A stretch of DNA of 32,000 nt, from contig NC_022349.1 in assembly GCF_000354175.2 (NCBI RefSeq), positions 840,001 to 872,000 on the forward strand. The letters are read 5' to 3'. The notes beneath the pieces were generated by a model, which saw nothing but the letters and a program-made list of their open reading frames with translations, made no database searches and was not told where the DNA came from. The stretch comes from Vibrio alginolyticus NBRC 15630 = ATCC 17749. GTDB taxonomy: Bacteria; Pseudomonadota; Gammaproteobacteria; Enterobacterales; Vibrionaceae. The position numbers were made by a program, and so were the translations under genes. This document shows positions 15,896 through 23,975 of the stretch, in pieces (the first letter of the stretch is position 1; every line of letters begins with the position of its first letter).

Positions 15896-16201
15896 TATGA
15901 CCCCATAAACGTATTTTATATAATCTAGCTCATTTGAAATTCACACAATTCTTTATGTAAAAATATAAAAGATCAACTTATATTTATACTACAAGCGGAC
16001 AATAAATCGCATTTTTCAACAACACGTAGTTAACATGGACTGTAATTTCAAAAGCAGTTTCTGTTCTCTTTCATTCCTTCCTTAATTGAAGTTTATTAGA
16101 GAAAAATGATATTCATATATATCATTGCCATCGAGATATGCATCTGAACACATTTACTTTTGCCTTTCTATTTCTCTCAACACATTTAAAAGCCAAAATA
16201 T

Positions 16202-16252
16202 AATAACAACCGACTAATATTGATAAACATGAAGAGATACATCTAATATTTT
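16202..16252 (+). promoter_or_regulatory. Candidate ExsA-dependent promoter of exsC-exsE
   Basis: AATAA-CAA-CCGACT-AAT-ATTGATAA (16202-16226), then 21 nt, then TATTTT (16247-16252). Two mismatches to the recalled ExsA consensus AaAAAnwnMygrCynnnmYTGayAk. An alternative -10, TAATAT, lies at 16244-16249. Confidence 0.6.
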
Positions 16253-16283
16253 CCTTGATAAAATTTCAAAAGGGACTATTCCT

Positions 16284-16730
16284 ATGTCAGCACGCCAAAC
16301 TATCGATGAGATTTTGCTAAAGTTTGCTCATCAAATAGGCTTGCCTGCACTGCATCTAACGGAAAATGAAGTAAGCTTAGCCTTTGATGATAATCTAAGG
16401 GTGCATATCATCTTTCATCCTGAATCGACAACTCTGCAGCTCGAAGCTGAGATTGTTGGCCTTCAAATTGTAAATTCCGATCTTTATCGCTCTTTCTTGG
16501 CCTTTAATTATCACTGGCCTGAGCACCAGTTATTTTTTAGTTTAGATAACCACCGACATGTCCTATGTTTAAACCGACTCATTAACATTAGGCGACTGGA
16601 TTACGAATATTTTGAAACAGCTTTAGCAGAATTGCTGACGCACAGCGAGTCGTGGGAAGCGTTATTGTCTTCTCATGTAACTATTGATAAGGCACCACCG
16701 ATGCCACAAACTTTAGACTTGAGAGTTTAG
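16284..16730 (+). CDS. exsC: ExsC, T3SS chaperone / anti-anti-activator
   Basis: 148 aa. The layout matches P. aeruginosa ExsC from memory (...LL.FA..IGLP.L.L.E....L.FD...; FN.HW; C-terminal ...RV). Followed by a small ExsE-like ORF. Confidence 0.85.
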   Translation: MSARQTIDEILLKFAHQIGLPALHLTENEVSLAFDDNLRVHIIFHPESTTLQLEAEIVGLQIVNSDLYRSFLAFNYHWPEHQLFFSLDNHRHVLCLNRLINIRRLDYEYFETALAELLTHSESWEALLSSHVTIDKAPPMPQTLDLRV

Positions 16731-16738
16731 GTGTCTTT

Positions 16739-17044
16739 ATGTCCAATGACATCCAATCCACATACACCAATTCATCGGTTCATGACGTTCAACAAGCGCA
16801 GCAAAGTGATGCAGTGCCGCAAGGAACGTTTCATGGCCGTAAAGTCACCCTACTCTCCTCATCAGAAAGCAGTCTGATGCGAACAAGCTCTAAAAGAGAG
16901 CTTGGTGAATGTTTAAATCAATTTGCCAGTCTCGAATCTTGCAATCGCGTTTTGGACTTTGATCCACAACTCAATATTGACAAGCAAAACGCCGCCGTAG
17001 AAAAGCTTATGGAACGAAAAGTGGCGATAATTCAACGTTCCTGA
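16739..17044 (+). CDS. exsE: ExsE-like small secreted regulator (VP1702-like)
   Basis: 101 aa, hydrophilic, with no predicted fold features. Starts 9 nt after exsC with an AGGTG SD. The position equals exsE. Assigned by synteny only. Confidence 0.55.
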   Translation: MSNDIQSTYTNSSVHDVQQAQQSDAVPQGTFHGRKVTLLSSSESSLMRTSSKRELGECLNQFASLESCNRVLDFDPQLNIDKQNAAVEKLMERKVAIIQRS

Positions 17045-17107
17045 TATCACAATATAAGCAGGTTAAACATCTAAGGTAACCTTCAGCCGACAAGCTCACG
17101 CTAATAC

Positions 17108-17131
17108 AAAACCCCGAAGATTCGGGGTTTT
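17108..17131. terminator. Bidirectional rho-independent terminator (exsE / aldehyde dehydrogenase)
   Basis: AAAACCCCGAA (17108-17118) / TTCGGGGTTTT (17121-17131). A- and T-tracts on either side serve both convergent genes. Confidence 0.85.
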
Positions 17132-17170
17132 GATTCATACTGCTTTTTCTCTATTAATTACTTAGTTTCA

Positions 17171-18691
17171 CTAGAAGAAGCCTAACGGGTCGATGCTGTA
17201 GCTAATCAGCAAGTTCTTAGTATTCTGGTAGTGATCCAGCATCATCTTGTGCGTTTCGCGCCCGATACCCGATTTTTTGTAACCACCGAACGCTGCGTGT
17301 GCAGGGTAAGCGTGGTAACAGTTAATCCAGATTCGACCAGCTTCAATATTACGGCCCATACGATATGCGACGTTCGCATCACGTGTCCAAACACCTGCGC
17401 CTAAGCCATATTCGGTGTCGTTTGCGATTTCCAACGCTTCAGCCTCATCTTTAAATTTGGTGATAGCAATCACTGGGCCAAAGATTTCTTCTTGGAAGAT
17501 TCGCATCTTGTTGTGGCCTTCCAACATGGTTGGCTGAATGTAGTACCCCTGGTTGATAGACTCTGGCTGTTCTGACACTCCACCACCAAAGACCACTTTT
17601 GCGCCTTCTTCACGGCCGATTTCCAGGTAACTTAAAATCTTATCAAACTGTTCTTGAGAAGCCTGAGCACCAACTTGAGTATCGGTATCGAGCGGATTAC
17701 CTTGTTTAATCAGATGTGCGCGTTCCGTCAGTTTCTCTACAAACTTGTCATAAATCGCTTCATGAACCAGTACGCGAGATGGACAGGTACAAACTTCACC
17801 TTGGTTGAAGAAACCAAGTAACGTACCTTCGATACACTTATCAAGATACTCATCTTCGTAATCGAAGATATCTGAGAAGTAGATGTTTGGAGATTTACCA
17901 CCTAACTCAACTGTCGATGGGATCAAGTTGTCTGCTGCACATTTCAGAATGTGGTTGCCAACTTGCGTAGACCCGGTAAACGCGAGTTTCGCAATGCGGT
18001 TGCTGGTTGCTAATGCTTGACCCGCTTCAGAACCATATCCGTTTACAACGTTGATGACACCAGGAGGAAGAAGGTCACCGATTTTTTCCATCAGAACCAG
18101 AATGGATGTTGGGGTTTGCTCTGCTGGCTTCAATACCACACAGCAACCCGCCGCTAGTGCCGGTGCTAGTTTCCAAGCCGCCATCAACATTGGGAAGTTC
18201 CACGGAATTATTTGACCAACCACACCAATCGGTTCTGGGAAGTGGTAGCTTGCGGTGTGCTCATCCAGTTCTGCCGCACTGCCTTCTTGCGAGCGAATAC
18301 AGCCAGCGAAGTAACGGAAGTGATCCACTACTAAAGGTAAATCTGCCGCCAAGGTTTCGCGAACTGGTTTGCCGTTTTCCCAAGTTTCTGCAACTGCAAG
18401 CTCTTCTAGATGCTGCTCAATACGGTCAGCAATTTTCAGCAAGATGTTCGAACGTTCTGTCACGCTGGTTTTGGCCCATTTTGCTCTGATGTTGTGCGCG
18501 GCATCCAGTGCTAAATTAATATCTTCCTCGCCAGAGCGAGCAACTTTACAATACGCTTGTCCGTTGATTGGTGAGATATTGTCAAAGTACTCACCACCCG
18601 TTGGTTTTACCCATTCCCCACCGATAAAGTTATCGTAATGCGATTTAAAGTTAACAATGGCATTTTCACTACCTGGCTGTGCATAGATCAT
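17171..18691 (-). CDS. NAD-dependent aldehyde dehydrogenase, AcoD/ExaC/AldB type (acetaldehyde dehydrogenase II-like)
   Basis: 506 aa. Motifs ELGGKSP and [11 protein letters not shown] (catalytic Cys). Near-colinear with Ralstonia AcoD as I recall it, including the C-terminal ...KNLL.SYS...LGFF. Confidence 0.95.
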   Translation of the reverse strand: MIYAQPGSENAIVNFKSHYDNFIGGEWVKPTGGEYFDNISPINGQAYCKVARSGEEDINLALDAAHNIRAKWAKTSVTERSNILLKIADRIEQHLEELAVAETWENGKPVRETLAADLPLVVDHFRYFAGCIRSQEGSAAELDEHTASYHFPEPIGVVGQIIPWNFPMLMAAWKLAPALAAGCCVVLKPAEQTPTSILVLMEKIGDLLPPGVINVVNGYGSEAGQALATSNRIAKLAFTGSTQVGNHILKCAADNLIPSTVELGGKSPNIYFSDIFDYEDEYLDKCIEGTLLGFFNQGEVCTCPSRVLVHEAIYDKFVEKLTERAHLIKQGNPLDTDTQVGAQASQEQFDKILSYLEIGREEGAKVVFGGGVSEQPESINQGYYIQPTMLEGHNKMRIFQEEIFGPVIAITKFKDEAEALEIANDTEYGLGAGVWTRDANVAYRMGRNIEAGRIWINCYHAYPAHAAFGGYKKSGIGRETHKMMLDHYQNTKNLLISYSIDPLGFF

Positions 18692-18761
18692 AACTCTTCC
18701 TTTTGTTTCTCGTTCAATGTGTTATTGCAGTGTCGTATCGCACTGTTCACAAAGAGCATTA

Positions 18762-18778
18762 CGCAAGTCACACGCCAA
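18762..18778 (-). promoter_or_regulatory. Sigma54 (-24/-12) promoter of the aldehyde dehydrogenase gene
   Basis: Minus strand TTGGCGTGTGACTTGCG. GG and GC are spaced exactly as in TGGCAC-N5-TTGC. Lies about 70 nt upstream of the ATG at 18691. A sigma54 activator gene is divergent. Confidence 0.7.
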
Positions 18779-18930
18779 CTACACCACACTTGTTGTTAAT
18801 CAAATGTAAAACTATGATTACCAAGCGATAACAAACCAAGTGAGCGACGTTTGAGCGGATGTATGGTGTGAACACCAATGTTCAAGTGTTCCAAAATGGC
18901 ACACCCTCACTGTGACAAAATGGTACAGTC

Positions 18931-20697
18931 ATGGAACTTCAACATATTAGCGATAACAATTGGCTTTCAACTTCATGGGTCAGAAGTGAACAAGCGGGTT
19001 TAAAACAGCGTCGACGCCCTGAAGATATTCGAGTAACGCCAGCAACGCTCCAAGATAGGCGTCACCAACTCAATTTTTTGCTAGAGGCAGTCACTCAATT
19101 TGCGCTCCCTTTGTTTAATCAGCTATTTGCTCATAGCGACAGTCGCTTAATTTTGACGGATTCAGATGGTGTCATCATCGGCAGTTGGGGACAGCCTAGA
19201 TTTCGTGAAAAGTTAACGGAAATCTCGCTAAGCTCTGGAGCATGCTGGCAAGAAAAGGTCAAAGGCACCAACGCGATTGGTACAGCTTTGGTTGAAGCAA
19301 AGCCCGTTTCTGTTATTGGTGATCAGCACTTTATCCAACACCATCGTTTTATTAGCTGTTCGGCTAATCCTATTTTCGATCATCTTGGTAACCTCATTGG
19401 CGTATTAGATATTACAAGCGAGCAAAAGAGACATGACTTCTCAACGCAAGTACTAGTACAAAACATGGTCCAGCAAGTGGAGAATCAACTACTTAACTTG
19501 ATTCCACAAGGGCATATTCGTGTGGATTTAGCGTGCGAAAAAGGTTTACTGAATAGTGGTTGGCAAGGAATTATCATTGCAAATGAAGACGGACAAGTTT
19601 TGGCTCACAATCAAGTAGCCTCTCAACTTTTTGCGCAAAAAAGTATCATTGGGCAATCCTTAGACGACATTCTATCCACTCGGGGAAATGAGCACCCTTT
19701 CGTTTTCAAAACAAAACCGCTTACCGATAAAGATAGCAAGGTCAAGTCTCGTGCTGTAGCGGCGTCCAATGATCTTCATTATGGCGACTCCGCTGTTGAG
19801 CACTGTTGGCAGCAAGCTAATCGCGTCATCGATAAAGACATCAGTTTGTTGATTCTCGGAGAGACTGGTGTTGGCAAAAACGAGTTTGTAAAAGCACTCC
19901 ATAAAAACAGCCAGAGAAAAACGGGACCGTTGGTTTCCGTTAACTGCGGAGCTTTACCAAAAGACTTGGTTGAATCTGAATTGTTTGGCTACGTAGCCGG
20001 TGCCTTTACTGGCGCAAACAGCAAAGGCTATCAGGGAAAAATTCGCCAAGCACACAAAGGGATTTTGTTTCTGGATGAAATCGCAGATTTACCCTTGGAA
20101 GCTCAAAGCCGCTTGCTCCATGTATTGCAAGATAAAACCGTGCTTCCCGTGGGTTCAAACCAAAGTATTCAAGTCGATACGCAAATCATTGCAGCCACGC
20201 ATAAAGATCTGGAACATTTGGTCAGCGAAGGATTGTTCCGCCAAGATTTGTATTATCGCCTTAATGGCTTGATCATTGAGCTACCTCGCTTTGAGGAGCG
20301 TGAAGATAAACGACAACTGATTGAGAACATTCATCGGCGTCACGCCGAATCTGAACAACAGCTTTGCCCTCACCTACTTTCTCTGATGCTGTCTTACTCA
20401 TGGCCAGGAAATTTGCGTGAACTCGATAGTTTAATCAAAGTATCCGCCTTAATGGCGCAAGGTGAAGAAATATTGGAACTCACACACGTCCCAGCCCATC
20501 TAAGTAAGAAACTCAGCCAAGCTCAAGAAGGGGCTGCATCCGCTGAACCAACTTCAGAACTGCGTGCAACCGTCGAAGATAAGTTACTCAAAACATATCA
20601 AGCCAACCAGGGGAACATTAGCAAAACGTCTCGTATGCTTGGTGTGAGCCGAAATACCATTTACAGAAAGTTGAAAAGCCTTGGCATATTAAGTTAA
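18931..20697 (+). CDS. Sigma54-dependent transcriptional activator, AcoR-like (GAF-like sensor + AAA+ + Fis-type HTH)
   Basis: Walker A GETGVGKNEFVKALH. ESELFGY and GAFTGA motifs. C-terminal HTH GNISKTSRMLGVSRNTIYRKLKSLGI. Confidence 0.9.
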   Translation: MELQHISDNNWLSTSWVRSEQAGLKQRRRPEDIRVTPATLQDRRHQLNFLLEAVTQFALPLFNQLFAHSDSRLILTDSDGVIIGSWGQPRFREKLTEISLSSGACWQEKVKGTNAIGTALVEAKPVSVIGDQHFIQHHRFISCSANPIFDHLGNLIGVLDITSEQKRHDFSTQVLVQNMVQQVENQLLNLIPQGHIRVDLACEKGLLNSGWQGIIIANEDGQVLAHNQVASQLFAQKSIIGQSLDDILSTRGNEHPFVFKTKPLTDKDSKVKSRAVAASNDLHYGDSAVEHCWQQANRVIDKDISLLILGETGVGKNEFVKALHKNSQRKTGPLVSVNCGALPKDLVESELFGYVAGAFTGANSKGYQGKIRQAHKGILFLDEIADLPLEAQSRLLHVLQDKTVLPVGSNQSIQVDTQIIAATHKDLEHLVSEGLFRQDLYYRLNGLIIELPRFEEREDKRQLIENIHRRHAESEQQLCPHLLSLMLSYSWPGNLRELDSLIKVSALMAQGEEILELTHVPAHLSKKLSQAQEGAASAEPTSELRATVEDKLLKTYQANQGNISKTSRMLGVSRNTIYRKLKSLGILS

Positions 20698-20715
20698 TTC
20701 TACGACCTCAGATAC

Positions 20716-20748
20716 AAAAAGAGCACCGTTGCGGTGCTCTTTCTCTTT
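20716..20748. terminator. Bidirectional rho-independent terminator
   Basis: AGAGCACCG (20720-20728) / CGGTGCTCT (20732-20740), flanked by AAAAA and TTCTCTTT. Serves the activator gene (+) and the 45-aa ORF (-). Confidence 0.8.
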
Positions 20749-20758
20749 GAAACCTAGC

Positions 20759-20896
20759 TTACAGGCCGCCTTGTTGTTGCGCCTGTTTTACTAATGCCTG
20801 ACGTTGAGTTTCCTTCTCAGAGATCACTTGATTGTCCTTGTGCATTTCCTGTTCCAATTCTGCTGGAATGAAAACAAAGTACTTGTTAAGAGTCAT
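20759..20896 (-). CDS. Small hypothetical protein, 45 aa (MTLNKYFVFIPAELEQEMHKDNQVISEKETQRQALVKQAQQQGGL)
   Basis: Below the track's apparent size cutoff (smallest listed ORF is 60 aa); I translated it codon by codon. GAGG lies 9 nt upstream of the ATG. The stop is followed within 11 nt by the 20716-20748 terminator. No family recognised. Confidence 0.4.
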   Translation of the reverse strand: MTLNKYFVFIPAELEQEMHKDNQVISEKETQRQALVKQAQQQGGL

Positions 20897-20985
20897 CTTA
20901 GAACCTCAATTTGCTGTGTTAATTACCTTCTTGGTCGACGTAAACAAAACCAGAAAAACATGTTTTACTGGATCCTTGTTGCTAG

Positions 20986-21023
20986 TTTCAAAAAATAAAG
21001 GATGTTCATATAATAAACATCCT
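20986..21023 (-). terminator. Orphan rho-independent terminator or attenuator on the minus strand
   Basis: 8-bp stem AGGATGTT (20999-21006) / AACATCCT (21016-21023), 9-nt loop. The minus-strand RNA continues UUAUUUUUUG. No annotated gene ends here. Confidence 0.45.
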
Positions 21024-21474
21024 CCATGTGGGCGCTAATTATAGGCGTAGTTTAAAGGCTTACCTAGCACTCTTTTTCACCTTTTGTGCAATCTGAGTTT
21101 CGATCGAAAAACGGATTTAGTTGCCCGTAATTACTAAGGTATTGTTAAAAAGAGAAAAAAGCTTTTACTGTAACTGACGACAGGGATGAGCTTACGAGTG
21201 TAGGTTCACTTGCAATTGTGTATCGTAGAGTTCGAATACGATAATAATAACGCTACATGCCCTTAATCTGCGTAGTTAAAAACTTTGAAGTGATAGACAA
21301 CCGAAGTCATATCTGTGCAACTCAGTTTAACGATTTGTCTACCAGTTCAATATTTCACCTTTTTTGAGAAATCTTTAGCCACTTTTTTGTGTGAAACGCC
21401 CCAAAAGAGCAGACAATTAAAAGTGTGGCATATGACCACAATTGTCTATCCCCACTTAGCTTCGGGAGGCGTTT

Positions 21475-21678
21475 ATGAAAAGTAACAAACTTGGCCATGT
21501 GATGTCTTTCAGCAGGATGTTTTCCTTCATCGCATTCTTGACGGCCACATTCGCATGGATTCTCAGCATGTACGCCCTATTTACTGTTTCTTTAGTGGCT
21601 CTTGTGGTCAGTGCAATTCTCTACCTAAAAGACAGGTTTTATCAAAACAAGAAAACGACCACTGAAAAGAGCGCCTAG
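21475..21678 (+). CDS. Small two-TM membrane protein, 67 aa, unknown function
   Basis: GGGAGG lies 6 nt upstream of the ATG. Two hydrophobic helices (FSFIAFLTATFAWILSMYALF, VSLVALVVSAILYL) and a basic tail. Followed by a palindrome and a terminator. Confidence 0.55.
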   Translation: MKSNKLGHVMSFSRMFSFIAFLTATFAWILSMYALFTVSLVALVVSAILYLKDRFYQNKKTTTEKSA

Positions 21679-21708
21679 GCGCTCTCGAAGTTCCGTAAAA
21701 GCAAACAC

Positions 21709-21745
21709 AAAAAAGGATGCCACTTGGGCATCCCTTTATATCTTT
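21709..21745. terminator. Bidirectional rho-independent terminator (67-aa ORF / gnd)
   Basis: GGATGCC (21715-21721) / GGCATCC (21727-21733), loop ACTTG, with AAAAAA upstream and CTTTATATCTTTATATTT downstream. Confidence 0.75.
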
Positions 21746-21771
21746 ATATTTATTCGGTTTACTTAAAACGA

Positions 21772-23220
21772 TTACACGTCGTAAGTTGTAGACGCTGTGT
21801 CGCCGCCTGTACCAGTCCAGTTAGTGTGGAAGAATTCACCACGTGGACGGTCAATGCGCTCATAAGTGTGAGCACCGAAGTAGTCACGTTGAGCTTGAAG
21901 CAGGTTCGCTGGTAGACGAGCTGTTGTGTAACCGTCTAGGAAAGATAGCGCAGAAATCGTACATGGCATTGGGATACCAGACTCTAGAGATTTCGCTGCT
22001 ACTTTACGCCATGCTGCTAGGCTGCCTTGTAGGATGTTTTTGAAGTACTCATCAGAACCAAGGAATGCGATGTCTGGGTTCGCTTCGTACGCATCACGGA
22101 TGTTGCCTAGGAACGCAGAGCGGATGATACAACCACCACGCCACATTAGTGCTACGTTACCGTAGTTTAGGTCCCAACCGTTCTCGTTCGATGCTTCGCG
22201 CATTAGCATGAAGCCTTGAGCGTAAGAGATGATCTTAGAAGCTAGTAGCGCTTGACGTAGTGCATCAACCCACTCTTGCTTGTCGCCTTCAACCGGAGTG
22301 ATTGTCTTACCGAATAGAGATTCAGCTTCAACACGTTGGTCTTTCAGTGCAGATAGACAACGAGAGAATACAGACTCAGAGATAAGTGTTAGTGGAATAC
22401 CTAGGTCTAGTGCGTTAATACCAGTCCATTTACCAGTACCTTTTTGGCCTGCTGTGTCTAGGATCTTCTCAACTAGAGGCTCACCGTCTTCATCTTTGTA
22501 GCCAAGGATGTCAGCCGTGATTTCAACAAGGTAGCTGTCTAGCTCAGTCTTGTTCCAATCAGCGAATACTGCTTGCATCTCGTCAGCAGACATACCAAGA
22601 CCGTCTTTCATGAACTGGTAAGCTTCTGTGATAAGCTGCATGTCACCGTATTCGATGCCGTTGTGTACCATCTTAACGAAGTGACCAGCACCATCGTTAC
22701 CAACCCAGTCACAACATGGCTCACCAGCGTCAGTTTTCGCAGCGATACCTTGGAAGATAGGCTTAACCGCTTCCCATGCTTCAGCAGCACCGCCAGGCAT
22801 GATAGATGGACCGAAGCGCGCACCTTCTTCACCACCAGATACACCAGTACCGATGAAGTGGATACCTTTTTCACGTAGTGCAGCAACACGACGGTTTGTA
22901 TCTGGGTAGTTAGTGTTACCACCGTCAATAATGATGTCGCCTTTGTCTAGCAGAGGTACTAGCGCTTCGATGAACTTGTCTACAACGTCTCCAGCGCGAA
23001 CCATCAACATTACTTTACGCGGCGTTTCTAGCTTCTCTACTAGTTCTTCTAGAGAGTATGCACCGATGATGTTCGTGCCTTTTGCTGGACCTTCCAGGAA
23101 CTCGTCTACTTTAGCAGCAGTACGGTTGTGAGCAACCACTTTAAAGCCGTGATCGTTCATGTTTAGGATAAGGTTTTGACCCATTACTGCTAGGCCAATT
23201 ACACCGATATCACCTTTCAT
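21772..23220 (-). CDS. gnd: 6-phosphogluconate dehydrogenase, decarboxylating
   Basis: 482 aa. N-terminal Rossmann motif IGVIGLAVMGQNLILNM. Highly conserved Gnd sequence throughout. Confidence 0.95.
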   Translation of the reverse strand: MKGDIGVIGLAVMGQNLILNMNDHGFKVVAHNRTAAKVDEFLEGPAKGTNIIGAYSLEELVEKLETPRKVMLMVRAGDVVDKFIEALVPLLDKGDIIIDGGNTNYPDTNRRVAALREKGIHFIGTGVSGGEEGARFGPSIMPGGAAEAWEAVKPIFQGIAAKTDAGEPCCDWVGNDGAGHFVKMVHNGIEYGDMQLITEAYQFMKDGLGMSADEMQAVFADWNKTELDSYLVEITADILGYKDEDGEPLVEKILDTAGQKGTGKWTGINALDLGIPLTLISESVFSRCLSALKDQRVEAESLFGKTITPVEGDKQEWVDALRQALLASKIISYAQGFMLMREASNENGWDLNYGNVALMWRGGCIIRSAFLGNIRDAYEANPDIAFLGSDEYFKNILQGSLAAWRKVAAKSLESGIPMPCTISALSFLDGYTTARLPANLLQAQRDYFGAHTYERIDRPRGEFFHTNWTGTGGDTASTTYDV

Positions 23221-23258
23221 TGTTTCTCTCCAATTTTATTTCATCGACGAGCAGCGTC

Positions 23259-23975
23259 TTAAGCAATTTTTGCTGCCGCGTCTAAGTCTAAATACCATTC
23301 CGTTAGGCCCGATTTCGCTTGAATCTTAGCCGCTGGGTATGGCAGTGCGTGTGCTGGTGAACTGTTAATTTCTTCAACAATGTCCGCTTTTCCTGCACCA
23401 AGCACTAAGTAACTAATGCGTTTCGCTGCTTCTAATACGCGTGCGGTTTTCGACACACGAAGTTGGCCCGATTCAGGATGCGACGCCACAAGAGATAGGT
23501 TCGCATCATCATAATTCGTTTGGCCAGGGAACAGAGAAGCTGTATGACCATCTGCACCAACGCCTAATAAGATCCAGTCAAACACAGGTGTGCCGTTTTC
23601 ACTCGGGATCACCTCTGCCATCTCTTTTGCAAAGCGCTCGGCTTCTGCTTTAGGCTCATCTTCGCCACGGATGCGGTGAATGTTTTCTGCAGGAATATTT
23701 ACTTGGCTAAACAACAATGTGTTCGCTTCACCGTAGTTGCTTTCTGCATCGTCAGGGGCAACACAACGTTCGTCACCCCACCAAAAGTGGAGGTTTTCCC
23801 ATTGAATGGAGGTTGCGTAAGCCTCTGAAGCCAGTAGTTTAAACAGCATTTTAGGAGTGCTGCCGCCAGAAAGAGAGATGTGAACAGGTCTGCCCATTTC
23901 GCTAAACGCTTTCATATCGTTAGCTAGGCTTTCAACTACCTGTTCTGCTGTTTGGTAGATCTTATGGTTGATCAT
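23259..23975 (-). CDS. pgl: 6-phosphogluconolactonase (DevB/Pgl type)
   Basis: 238 aa. ISLSGGSTP and [16 protein letters not shown] motifs. ATGA overlap with the zwf stop. Confidence 0.9.
   Translation of the reverse strand: MINHKIYQTAEQVVESLANDMKAFSEMGRPVHISLSGGSTPKMLFKLLASEAYATSIQWENLHFWWGDERCVAPDDAESNYGEANTLLFSQVNIPAENIHRIRGEDEPKAEAERFAKEMAEVIPSENGTPVFDWILLGVGADGHTASLFPGQTNYDDANLSLVASHPESGQLRVSKTARVLEAAKRISYLVLGAGKADIVEEINSSPAHALPYPAAKIQAKSGLTEWYLDLDAAAKIA

Noticed and set aside
15896-16201. ExsA box oriented towards the lipoprotein gene
   Set aside because: TTGAAA-like hexamers exist (for example TTGAAA-N22-TAGTAT on the minus strand near 16005-16038). The upstream GnC / A-rich half of the consensus is missing, so this is not reportable as an ExsA site.
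18897-18912. TGGCAC on the plus strand upstream of the sigma54 activator gene, looking like a -24 element
   Set aside because: No GC dinucleotide lies at the required -12 spacing (TGGCACACCCTCACTG), so it is not a sigma54 promoter.
21221-21243. tRNA T-arm-like sequence GAGTTCGAA inside a 7-bp hairpin (TATCGTA / TACGATA)
   Set aside because: I could not build acceptor, D or anticodon arms around it. The stem and loop sizes (7 bp / 9 nt) do not fit a T-arm. It could be a tRNA remnant or just a hairpin, with no support for a gene.
20897-21474. Known Vibrio sRNA classes (Qrr, CsrB/C/D-type) in the roughly 580-bp stretch with no ORF of 60 aa or more
   Set aside because: There is no Qrr core (GGTCACCTAGCCAACTGACGTTGTTAG-like), no sigma54 promoter, and no dense GGA repeats on either strand.
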